DNA from: Thermoproteota archaeon
GTDB taxonomy: Archaea > Thermoproteota > EX4484-205 > JAAOZP01
Direction of reading: 5' to 3'
Assembly (NCBI GenBank): GCA_038861395.1
Contig: JAWCDE010000005.1
Coordinates: 5,022-69,021 of the forward strand
Length of the DNA: 64,000 nucleotides
The translations under genes were made by a program, and so were the position numbers. Below are positions 10,003-19,500 of this stretch, piece after piece (positions within the stretch are counted from its first letter, which is position 1; each line of letters begins with the position of its first letter). The notes below the pieces were generated by a model that saw nothing but the letters and a program-made list of their open reading frames with translations, made no database searches and had not been told where the DNA came from.

Positions 10003-10467
10003 TTGGACGGTGAGGAGGATCTTGAGTATAAACTACGCGGCAAAACTCTTCAAGTCTATCTTCATCTGATAAGGTCTGGCGTGAATGAGAGCTACGGGGT
10101 TAGGGAGATTCAAAGAGCACTAGGCTTCAAGAGCCCCAGCATAGCCTCTTACCATTTAGAGAAGCTGAGGGAGCTCGGCCTTCTTTCAAAAGACGAGAAG
10201 GGAGACTATCGCGTTGTTAAAGAGGTTAACGTCGGATTATTAAAGCTCTACATTAAGATAGGAGGGCTCCGATTACCAAGATTCCTTCTCTATGCCTGTT
10301 TTATAACGAGCATGGTTTCAACGTATTTGCTGGTTTATCCTCAAACTCTGAGCCTGCATAATCTTTTCGCACTATTGGTCAGCTTCTCATCGCTAGCAAT
10401 ACTATGGCTCGAAACATTTCTGGTTCTAAGAGAAACAAAGTCAAAGCTTATTAAAAAACCCTCTTAG
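10003..10467 (+). CDS. Winged-helix DNA-binding protein with two C-terminal TM helices
   Basis: LRGKTLQVY...GVREIQRALGFKSPSIASYHLEKLRELGL then two hydrophobic helices; paralog at 62574. Confidence 0.8.
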   Translation: MDGEEDLEYKLRGKTLQVYLHLIRSGVNESYGVREIQRALGFKSPSIASYHLEKLRELGLLSKDEKGDYRVVKEVNVGLLKLYIKIGGLRLPRFLLYACFITSMVSTYLLVYPQTLSLHNLFALLVSFSSLAILWLETFLVLRETKSKLIKKPS

Positions 10468-10514
10468 AAAAATAGGCATTGTTATAGTTGACAATTAACG
10501 GTGATCAGAACCAT

Positions 10515-10781
10515 TTATTTTAGAAGGCCTACAGCAAACCCTATTAATATTCCTATTGCGAACAATTGTGATGATTCTATGAATGCTTTAATCCATTCAA
10601 TCACTGGCAGTATTGCCCTTAAGAATTCCTCAACCTGGCTTCTAGATATAACAGTGATTCCTAGGAATGCTAGGAGTAAGATTACTAATCCGACTACTGC
10701 AGCAACCTTAAGTGCCTTTGCTATAAGGTAGCCTATTCCAATTCCTATTATCAGCAATACTATTGCAACTGGTTCAATCAT
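10515..10781 (-). CDS. Small membrane protein, FUN14-like
   Basis: GIGIGYLIAKALKVAAVVGL and terminal FAIGILIGFAVGLLK resemble archaeal FUN14 proteins. Confidence 0.55.
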   Translation of the reverse strand: MIEPVAIVLLIIGIGIGYLIAKALKVAAVVGLVILLLAFLGITVISRSQVEEFLRAILPVIEWIKAFIESSQLFAIGILIGFAVGLLK

Positions 10782-10893
10782 AACGCTTCAACTCCTAATA
10801 AATTATATAAATTTATTGTCTTTTGTCTTAAAACGCAAGACTCGATAGATCTTATGAAAAACACATAAATAATGTTTTGCACAGGTATGGATT

Positions 10894-11703
10894 ATGTGCA
10901 GGATGCTGGGTGCAATGTTTGTTGAAAGTAACAGTGTTGAAAACCATCTGCTGGATGCTGAGTGCTCTATTTTAAAACAAGCAGTTAAAGGCGGACAGTC
11001 GGATGGCTGGGGTATAGGTTTCTACATGGGGCGAGTCCCCATCGTGTTTAAGTCTGAAAAAGCTGTATACGAGGAAGAGGAAAAGTTTAAGGAGGTTGCT
11101 AAATCCACTAAAGGAAGGATAATAATTGTACATGTGAGAAAGGCAAGTAACCCTAGAGGATTACCACGTGAAAGATTAATATCCCCCGAGAACTCTCAGC
11201 CTTTCAACTATTCGAACTATCTTTTAGCGCACAATGGTTCAATAAACATACCTGATGAAGTGATTAAGAGATTAGGCCCCTACGGGGAATTTGTGAAGAG
11301 CAACAATGATAGTGAAGTATACTTCTATCTTTTGCTAAGTTTAATCGAGAAGGAAAATGATGTTATTACGGCTTTCAAGAATGTTGAAAAAACTTTGATG
11401 GAAATATTTGTAGAGGAGAAGCCCAGCAGGTTTGAAACTCCATTCACCAGCCTAAATACAGTATTCTCAGACGGCGAGAAGCTTTACGCGTTTTCAAGAT
11501 ACTTGACTAATCCCGGGAAATCCATATGCTACGGAGATTCTCCAGTATTCGAAATGTGTTTCAAATTCGATGAAAAACATCTTGTAGTGGCTTCAGAGAA
11601 GACTGAGAAAGGAGTCTGGCACCCATTGAGAAACAATAATCTGCTTACATGCTGGGTAGAAGAAAATAGGATAAAGCATGAGATAGTGGACTTTAACAAG
11701 TAA
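10894..11703 (+). CDS. Class II glutamine amidotransferase (YafJ/EgtC-like Ntn hydrolase)
   Basis: N-terminal MCRM, DGWGIG, HVRKAS, NSQPF, AHNG, DSE. Confidence 0.9.
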   Translation: MCRMLGAMFVESNSVENHLLDAECSILKQAVKGGQSDGWGIGFYMGRVPIVFKSEKAVYEEEEKFKEVAKSTKGRIIIVHVRKASNPRGLPRERLISPENSQPFNYSNYLLAHNGSINIPDEVIKRLGPYGEFVKSNNDSEVYFYLLLSLIEKENDVITAFKNVEKTLMEIFVEEKPSRFETPFTSLNTVFSDGEKLYAFSRYLTNPGKSICYGDSPVFEMCFKFDEKHLVVASEKTEKGVWHPLRNNNLLTCWVEENRIKHEIVDFNK

Positions 11704-11736
11704 ACAGTCATATTTCTCCATGTTAGAAAACGTTTT

Positions 11737-14460
11737 TCATTTAATTGTTGATAGTGCTAATTCATACCATATTGTTTGGTACTCTGGTCCTATTTTGAAA
11801 ACCTTATACTCTCCCTCGTCAACTACTTTTACCTGACTAGTTCTCCTACCCATATTGTCTAACGCCCATACCTCCAGATCCATGTCTGTCCTTATTCTTA
11901 TAGTCCCGGGTATTCCCTCGGTAACGGTCGGCGCATAGCCCCATTCCACCCCGCATGTCACTGGTCCCTTATAGATGTCGATGCCTGTAAGAAAGTTTCG
12001 GGACCATGTTAAGAGGCTCCTACCCTCTTCATACGTACGTAAACGCATTCCCGTATTCGTAGTATACCCTGTAGCAATTAAGAGCATTCTTTTTGAAGCT
12101 GATGAATTTTCATTATCAAGAGTTGAAAGCGTTATTACGCACCAACCGTCTAGAAGGGTTTCTCCCACCTCTATAATGATATTGCAAAATTTTAATGTTC
12201 TTCCTCCGCTGAAACCAATTATCGCAATACTTCTCGAAGTATTTACAAGTATTAATCCTCTTGAATCAGAGACGTCCCATATTATTTCTCCAGTATCAGA
12301 ACTATAGGTGTTTTGAGACTGTTTAAAATCAGTATCGTTATTAAAAGCGTTTTCAGTTGAAACCGCTGTCTTGTGAATCAAAGATAATAATGGGTTTAGC
12401 CCTGCAGTCCCCCCGTCGGGAAGCATCCAAGCATAAGCCTTTCCACCAGCTATAAACATAATTTCATCCTTACTATCCATCTTGACGGTTACAAGCCTTT
12501 CTGCAGGTTTTACATCCCCCCTTACGAAAATAAGATGTGCAGGTATTAGAGTTGCCATTTTAACCGGGTGTTGGTCTATGTTGAAGAATCCTCTAATCCT
12601 TTTAGAATCCCAATCGCCTCTTGCCCCGTAGTCGAAAAGGAATACCCCATCCCAGTCTTGGAGGGCTGCGTATGTTGCTAGGGTTAGAGCTGTTTCAGCA
12701 TCGTACATGTTTGGTGAGGGATGATTATACTCAGTAACGAAATGAGGTTTTCCATAGACTCTTTTAACAGCCAGGCCTGTAATAGTGCTTCCCTGCGGAT
12801 TATTAACCATGGGTTCATTAATAACATACCAATTCGCAGGATCCCAAGGGATTCCTGGAAACCAGGGATGCATCCAGTACGCATGCGTATCCACTATGTC
12901 GAGCTTAGCCATTATGTTGGGCGTGCTACAGCCAACTGTAGTGCCTATTACGAGAGCTTTAACACCGAGTTCTTCCTTTATGAAATGATACATTTCCGTG
13001 AAGAAACTCTCCTCCAAGAAGTATAGGAATTCGATCCAGTCGTTCTTAGCAACTGGGCTCCTCTTATTATACTCGGAAACGGGAAATATTTGAACAGTCT
13101 TATTACTCAGACTTTCACCATTCATTAAACCGTATCCGCTAAACCGCTTCATTGAAAAACAGGAAAACTGGTAAGTAGCAATATTTGCTCCAAGCCCTGA
13201 GATATCTAGCCTAGCATTCTCTTCGGATTGAGATGCGAGGAGAGCAATTTCGTAATCTTCCCAGTCTCTAGTAAGCGTTATATCGACTCGTTGCGAAAGC
13301 CATCCCCATGGTTCATGAGCCTGAACAAGACCTATGCTAACTCTAACATTCCTATCCGCCTTGGCGCCGAAACGTACTAAGTATGTTTCACCTTCGGCTA
13401 TTCTTAACCCAGGTTGGTTGAACTGTACGTGCCAGTTCTCCAAGCCTTTTTTCTTCACAGCAATCTCAAGAAATATTCTCCCCCCTGCTTCCGTGACTAT
13501 CCTGTAAGATGCTTCCGCGCCGTCGTGAACTTCTATAACCCATGAATCCAAGCCATTTTCAAAACGACCGTTTTTCAAAAGCTCAGTACTTTGACTAAGG
13601 CTTATCGGTGTTGCCCACGCCTTCCTAAGATTCTCATCGGAGCCGTATTTAGAGAGAAGATAATTATTCCACTTCTCCTTAAGCGCATCCTTGAATGTTT
13701 GCGGAAGCCTATCTATTGCACCGTCCAGCCAAGAATGTATCAAACCCTGTTCATTAACTATTTCCACAAAGGCCACAGCCGGGTCTTCGCCGTAGGCCAT
13801 TCCCGTATAGGGATTAAAATGAGTCAGAAGTTGTGTCGCATACTCCTTCTCTAAAGATTCAACCTCTTCCATGAAGAATCCTAGAATCTGCTGTTCCTTC
13901 CAGTCCACAAGCTCAATCTCCGAAGGCAAACCGTCTGCAATCGTGAACCTTCTCGAGACTAAGAGATTCAGGTCAATGTATATCCCGTTTTCCTTAAGGC
14001 AGTGTATAAAGTAGTCCAGCTTGTCGAGAGCATTATCGTTAAGCTTTCTAGTACCGCCCGCGGACCTATCGAAAATATTGAAGCTTTCCCAACTAGCATC
14101 CATGTGGTGGAACCGGACGGCGTTTACTCCAAACTTAGCAAGCCGAGCGGCTATTCTCTCCGCCTCATCCTTTTCTGGAAAGGCTGCACCACCACATATA
14201 TTAACTCCCAAAAACTTTATCCTTTCTCCTCCGACGTAAAGATGCCCGTCTCTACCTACATGGACATGCCCAAGACTGCCAGCTGGTTTTCTACTATTCA
14301 TGCTGACAATTGTTTCTTCACCATCGTCCCAAGGTAGGTAGAAGGGAAATACTCTTCCGCCAAGATTCTCATTCTTCAATAATACTTGTATTTGAGAGAA
14401 TACTAAAAGTATAATGATAGCCAGCAAGAGCGTTAAAATCAAGATACTTCTCTTCCCCAT
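11737..14460 (-). CDS. Membrane-anchored clan GH-A glycoside hydrolase with an inserted CBM4/9-like module (GH148-like beta-glucanase)
   Basis: N-terminal TM; VRFHHMD, acid/base EIVNEQ, CBM-like insert LLKNGRFENGLDSW...WHVQFNQPG...QAHEPW, then DTHAYW.HP, nucleophile VTEYNHP, YAALQDWDG. Confidence 0.8.
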   Translation of the reverse strand: MGKRSILILTLLLAIIILLVFSQIQVLLKNENLGGRVFPFYLPWDDGEETIVSMNSRKPAGSLGHVHVGRDGHLYVGGERIKFLGVNICGGAAFPEKDEAERIAARLAKFGVNAVRFHHMDASWESFNIFDRSAGGTRKLNDNALDKLDYFIHCLKENGIYIDLNLLVSRRFTIADGLPSEIELVDWKEQQILGFFMEEVESLEKEYATQLLTHFNPYTGMAYGEDPAVAFVEIVNEQGLIHSWLDGAIDRLPQTFKDALKEKWNNYLLSKYGSDENLRKAWATPISLSQSTELLKNGRFENGLDSWVIEVHDGAEASYRIVTEAGGRIFLEIAVKKKGLENWHVQFNQPGLRIAEGETYLVRFGAKADRNVRVSIGLVQAHEPWGWLSQRVDITLTRDWEDYEIALLASQSEENARLDISGLGANIATYQFSCFSMKRFSGYGLMNGESLSNKTVQIFPVSEYNKRSPVAKNDWIEFLYFLEESFFTEMYHFIKEELGVKALVIGTTVGCSTPNIMAKLDIVDTHAYWMHPWFPGIPWDPANWYVINEPMVNNPQGSTITGLAVKRVYGKPHFVTEYNHPSPNMYDAETALTLATYAALQDWDGVFLFDYGARGDWDSKRIRGFFNIDQHPVKMATLIPAHLIFVRGDVKPAERLVTVKMDSKDEIMFIAGGKAYAWMLPDGGTAGLNPLLSLIHKTAVSTENAFNNDTDFKQSQNTYSSDTGEIIWDVSDSRGLILVNTSRSIAIIGFSGGRTLKFCNIIIEVGETLLDGWCVITLSTLDNENSSASKRMLLIATGYTTNTGMRLRTYEEGRSLLTWSRNFLTGIDIYKGPVTCGVEWGYAPTVTEGIPGTIRIRTDMDLEVWALDNMGRRTSQVKVVDEGEYKVFKIGPEYQTIWYELALSTIK

Positions 14461-14545
14461 CGCTATTTATTCTTGAGACGGAGATATATAGGCATTTTAA
14501 TTATGAAGAAAGCAAAAATCAGCTATCCTGAAAGGAGAATCTTGC

Positions 14546-16450
14546 TTACCACGGCCATATCCAAGACGCTTTAGATACTAGCGTAATAGTTGTCCCGATT
14601 GCTACTATGATCCCCATCCCAGCCGAGAACCCTGCCAATACTATGCCCCTCATTGCGTTCCATCTTTCCGCTCCCATTAGACGTGGCATAAGGTATTTCC
14701 CAACCAGCGACATTATGAACACCATTATAGTGTAAGGTGGTATGGAATACATTCCACCGATCAGCCCAATGGGGCTTAACGGTACCCCTACTTTACTGAG
14801 AACTGTGGCTATCACGCCCCATACTATCGCGATACCCATGCCCATGAATATTTGGTCAATCCTTATCATTATCTGCCGGGTTGCGAAAAGCGAGTCGCTG
14901 ACAGCGTAGTTAGGCCATATGCCCATTACATACGGGTATACGAATGAGGGTATGGGGGCTATTCTCCAGAAAAAGTCCGTGAAAAGCAACCCGAACGTGG
15001 CGACCAGTATGAAAGATATTATCTGGGCCTTGTAAAAGTCCATTGGTCTCGTTTTCGTATTATAAGCTACTCTCGTGGCATTAACCCAGTAGGGAGTGGA
15101 GAATCCTGCTATAGCGGGTGTGAATATCCATCCTGCATAACCCTGGTAGGGGCTGTAATATATCGTGCTCTTCCACATGTTGTATATGAAGTCTGCTGAA
15201 AGAAGTATGCCGAGCTCGCCGTAGAGCCTAGCCGCCACCGATCCGAGTGCAAAGCTCATGCCTATCGATACAACTAGGGGCAACCACACCGGAACACCTG
15301 GAACAAGCCAGATGTAGAGAAGAGCGCTTAGTGCTGAAGATATGAGGTACACAGATAGCAGTAGTTTTGGCGATGGGAAGTCAGGTCCTCCCTTAATCTT
15401 ACTAAGCTTCGAAAGAGCCCTTACTATCTTTCTAAGAGATAGGAGGAATAGGTAAATAGACATTCCGAAGGAGAGTCCTATGAAGAGAGAAAGCCAAAGC
15501 TTTAAACCCGCTCTTTGAAGAATCAGGAAAATATTCATCCCCGGAGTATATTCCCGAGCCCACTCTGGCGAGAACTCTCTGAAAGTTGTTATGGTAAGTG
15601 TGTTGCCGAATACCCATGATATTAGAGATCCTACAAATAGCGAGCCAGTTAAGGAAGGCGGTAGAACCATGCCGTAAAGGAAACTCAATGGATCTGTCGC
15701 TATGCCTATTACCGCACCTGGGAGATTAGTCTGCGTATATTGAGTAAGATCTACCCACGGATACGGTATTAGTTGCGCTTGCGGTCCCACAAGGAGCGGC
15801 ACAAGGTAGAGGAGCATTCCGTATATCGCGCCCATGCTTAACGACACTATGAAGTACAGCAGGTCCTGCGGCTTCCTTTCATCCAAAGTATTTATCATGG
15901 CAGTATCAATTTGCGCGAAGGGGAATGGCAGAGGCTCCTCCTCTATGTAAAGGTATGAAAACACTATACTAAGAGAAAGCTCTGCGGCCAAGCCTAAGAT
16001 TGAGAATGCTAAATTCACAGCAATTGCGAAAAGCCAGTCGGGGTGCAGAAGAGTCCTCAACTGGTGGGCTGCGGAGGATATGGGGGGAGACATCCACGTG
16101 GGCACGTAATCCCTCAAAGGAGTTCCACCAAGCTTAAACTCCAAACTAAGAGGGAGATTAACATAGTAAGACCTGTAGATGAACCAGTAGTAGAGAGGCA
16201 TAGCGCCACCTATGCCTCCGACAATAGAGTATATTATGAACAGCTCCTGTTTAGAAAGCCTGCCGCCGTATATCCTCGCTAAAGCCGTGAACAGTATGGC
16301 CGTTACATAAGTGGCTGCTACGCTAACGCTGGAGCCCACTGCAAACCACAAGTATATAGATGCTGGTAGGAATATTAGCGCCGCCATAATCATTGCCAAG
16401 ATACTTCTCCAAGTTAGTCCGGGGTAAAATTCAATCCTAGGCTCAGCCAG
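14546..16450 (-). CDS. OPT-superfamily-like polytopic membrane transporter; probable CTG start
   Basis: Many TM helices; LSKQE, IEEEPLPFPFA. The frame extends past the called TTG (16399) through GLTWRS to a CTG at 16450 preceded by SD AAGGTGAGG; in-frame stop at 16459-16457. Confidence 0.75.
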   Translation of the reverse strand: MAEPRIEFYPGLTWRSILAMIMAALIFLPASIYLWFAVGSSVSVAATYVTAILFTALARIYGGRLSKQELFIIYSIVGGIGGAMPLYYWFIYRSYYVNLPLSLEFKLGGTPLRDYVPTWMSPPISSAAHQLRTLLHPDWLFAIAVNLAFSILGLAAELSLSIVFSYLYIEEEPLPFPFAQIDTAMINTLDERKPQDLLYFIVSLSMGAIYGMLLYLVPLLVGPQAQLIPYPWVDLTQYTQTNLPGAVIGIATDPLSFLYGMVLPPSLTGSLFVGSLISWVFGNTLTITTFREFSPEWAREYTPGMNIFLILQRAGLKLWLSLFIGLSFGMSIYLFLLSLRKIVRALSKLSKIKGGPDFPSPKLLLSVYLISSALSALLYIWLVPGVPVWLPLVVSIGMSFALGSVAARLYGELGILLSADFIYNMWKSTIYYSPYQGYAGWIFTPAIAGFSTPYWVNATRVAYNTKTRPMDFYKAQIISFILVATFGLLFTDFFWRIAPIPSFVYPYVMGIWPNYAVSDSLFATRQIMIRIDQIFMGMGIAIVWGVIATVLSKVGVPLSPIGLIGGMYSIPPYTIMVFIMSLVGKYLMPRLMGAERWNAMRGIVLAGFSAGMGIIVAIGTTITLVSKASWIWPW

Positions 16451-16549
16451 AGTTCCTCACCTTTAAGGGAAAGGGAGTTAGGCACTCTAATAAAAACTTT
16501 TTTTAAGATTAAGGCTGAAATTAAGATTTATTAGGAGGAGTAAGAGAGA

Positions 16550-19500
16550 ATGACTCTGAGGCGAAGGCCAATGCAAATTAAGGATTACAGGCCGAGTATC
16601 ATAGCAATATTCTTAATCGCTCTCATCGCATTAGCAGGGGTGCAGTATTTTCTGACGGTAATAAGCTCCGCCTCCTCGCCTTCAACTATCCCGCCTTCTA
16701 CAGAGACTGTTGACGCTCAGAACCTCTTTCCATTGAATCTTCAGAGAATGAGTAGCCTGATACAAGAAATCTCTTCCTTCGGTTCCAGGATGACTGGTTA
16801 TCCAGGTTATTATAGAGCACTCGATTATCTCTACAACTACTTTAAGGACGAGTTGAAAATCACGCCTGTGGTTCATAGGTACAAGGTGCTAGTGCCGTAT
16901 GATGAAGAAACCTACATCGAGGTCTTGGAACCTTTTTCGGCTAGGTTCGACGCGTACGCACTGTACCCCAACGGGATTAATCCTTCTCCCACGCCCCCGG
17001 AAGGTATTGTCGGAAGCCTTGTTTACGTTAAGGATGGTAGTTTAGAAAACTTCGATGGGAAGGACATTGAAGGAAACATCGTCGCCATGGATTTCAATTC
17101 TCAAGATAACTGGCTTAAGGCCGCTAACCTTGGGGCCCAGGCCGTGGTATTCATCGAGCCGGAGTCAACCCTGTACCCTGAGTGTGAAGCAAAATTTCTG
17201 GATACTCCAATATGCTTTCCGAGGGTTTATGTTAAAAAAACCGATTGGGATCTTCTAAAGAACGCGGGTAAAATCAGGCTTGTCTCCAAGGTTTACTGGA
17301 AGGAGATTGAAGCAGTAAACCTGCTGGCAGTGATTAATGGAACAAAGTCCAGCGACGTCATAATGCTTTCAACACATTTCGACTCGTGGTCTGTGGTTCC
17401 TGGACTGGCTTCGAGCAAAACCGAGCTCCTGCCCTTGGCATTACTGTTAGACTATGCGCACTACCTTAAGGAGAATCCCCCCTACTACACTGTCTGGCTG
17501 GTCTTGTATTCCGGGCACTGGCAGGCCCTTAAAGGCCCAAGGGAATTTGTTGAGGACTACTTTTTCAGCGAGGACTTGATGAGCGGTAGGATAGCAATAC
17601 GTGGGAACATAAACTTTGACCTTATAGCTAGTGACTGCGACGGCCTGCAGATACTGCAATCCAGTTATTACTCCACTTACGGTGGAAACTCTATACATGG
17701 TTCGGGGATGAGTAATAGGCTAGGATGGTTCCGATGCCCCTCTCCTTCTGGCTCTATAATCGTGGACATACTGTTAAGAGATGAAGTCAAAAGTTTCTGC
17801 CTACAGCGTCTAAAAGCCAACAACTCCATAAACCTGGTAAACGCAGCAATCGACACAGGCGCATCCGGGGGGTATAACATAAACCCAGTCGGTAGTGAGC
17901 CTTATCCATATATGCTGGATTCGGAACCGGTCTCCATAGCTGGCATAGCTGCCTTCTCCATAACGAGTAGGCGGTCAAACAGGCTCTACGTGGGTTCTCC
18001 AGTGAGTGATGAGAAATACGCTGACCTTACTGTTTTAGACCCGTATTTACAGCTCGCCCTATACATTACTAATGAGCTCTTAAACATGGAATGGAAGATA
18101 GAAAGGGTTAGACCAGAAAGATACCTCTTAGTACAATCCAGAGGCTTCCCTGGTTACGCAACTCTATACGGCAGAGTTGTGGCCTACAATTTTAGCAAGG
18201 GATGGTACGATGGGGTTCCTAACGCAATAGTAGAGCTGAAGCTGAATACTCAGTGGGGGCCCTCGACATATAAGCTTAACAGGATAGTTATGAAAGCGGA
18301 TGAGCAAGGGTATTTCACTGTACACGGTGTACCTATCTCCGGCGCCGCAGCAGGAGGTAATGTTGTAATACCTTTCTCCAGATGGGTTGCGCAAGCCTGG
18401 GTTTTAGACGATAAGGGCACTATCCTAATGGCTACCGACATGGGTCAATTCGGCATGAGCAGGTTTCCGCAGGAAGTGATCATCCTGCATGAGCATGAAA
18501 ACATTACCGTGGTGGTGGCTAAAGTAGTTTCAGTCGAGATGTTTGATTTCGAACTACCAACCGAGCTCACTACCCCCAGTATAAGAGACCCCCGGGCTGG
18601 GACATTCGAGAGATGGAGGTTCTCGAGAGCAGACCTCATACCTTTGGAGTTTTACAGTAAGAGTATACCGATAAGCTTCGGCTCTTATTGTAACGGTTGG
18701 GAGCCTGTAGCAATAGCTTGGATTCAGCCTGATGTCCGGTTTGCAGTCCTGGGTACGGCAGCGCTTCTAACAAATTCTTCAGCCGAGAATACAGAGGGAT
18801 ATGGTCTCTACGCTAAATATGGGGAAAAGATAAGGGTAAGGTTTTCTGCCCTACAGGTTGCTAGAGACTTATACTACATATCCTACGGGAGGTATGCAGA
18901 GCTTGCTAAGAAAAACGTTGGAAGCCCGAGCGCGGATGAGACCCTCAATAAGGCGAAGGAGTATTTGGAGAAGGCTGAAGAATACTTAAGCAATAAGAAA
19001 TACAGTGAAGCGTATACTTGCGCGCTAATGGCTAGGGCGTATGGTGCAAAGGCCTACGGCATGGAGGTCATGCCGCTTATAAACGACTCGGCGAGATCAC
19101 TCCTCTACATATTCATCATAATCATACTGGGTGCCTTCTTCTTAGAAAAGGTTTTAGTTCACGCGCAGGGTAATAAGCGTTTAATAGCTATCGTTGCATT
19201 CGGAGGGTTCTTCCTAGGGCTTTTCGCAATAGTTCATCCCGTTTTCGGCTTAATGAGCAATATATCGTTGGGGATGATTGGCTCGCTCATATTGGTGGTT
19301 TTACTAATTACGGTGATTATTCTGCTCTCGCTTAGCGAGGAAGTCAGGGCGGGCATCGAGAAAAGAATCCTCGGTGTCCACAGGGCTGAGATAAGCCGGC
19401 TTGACACGGCTATGATATCTTTCTCGCTTGGAAGCGAGCACATGCGGCGTAGGCCTCTGCGTGCAATACTTGTTCTCTTAACAATGATCACCATGATTAT

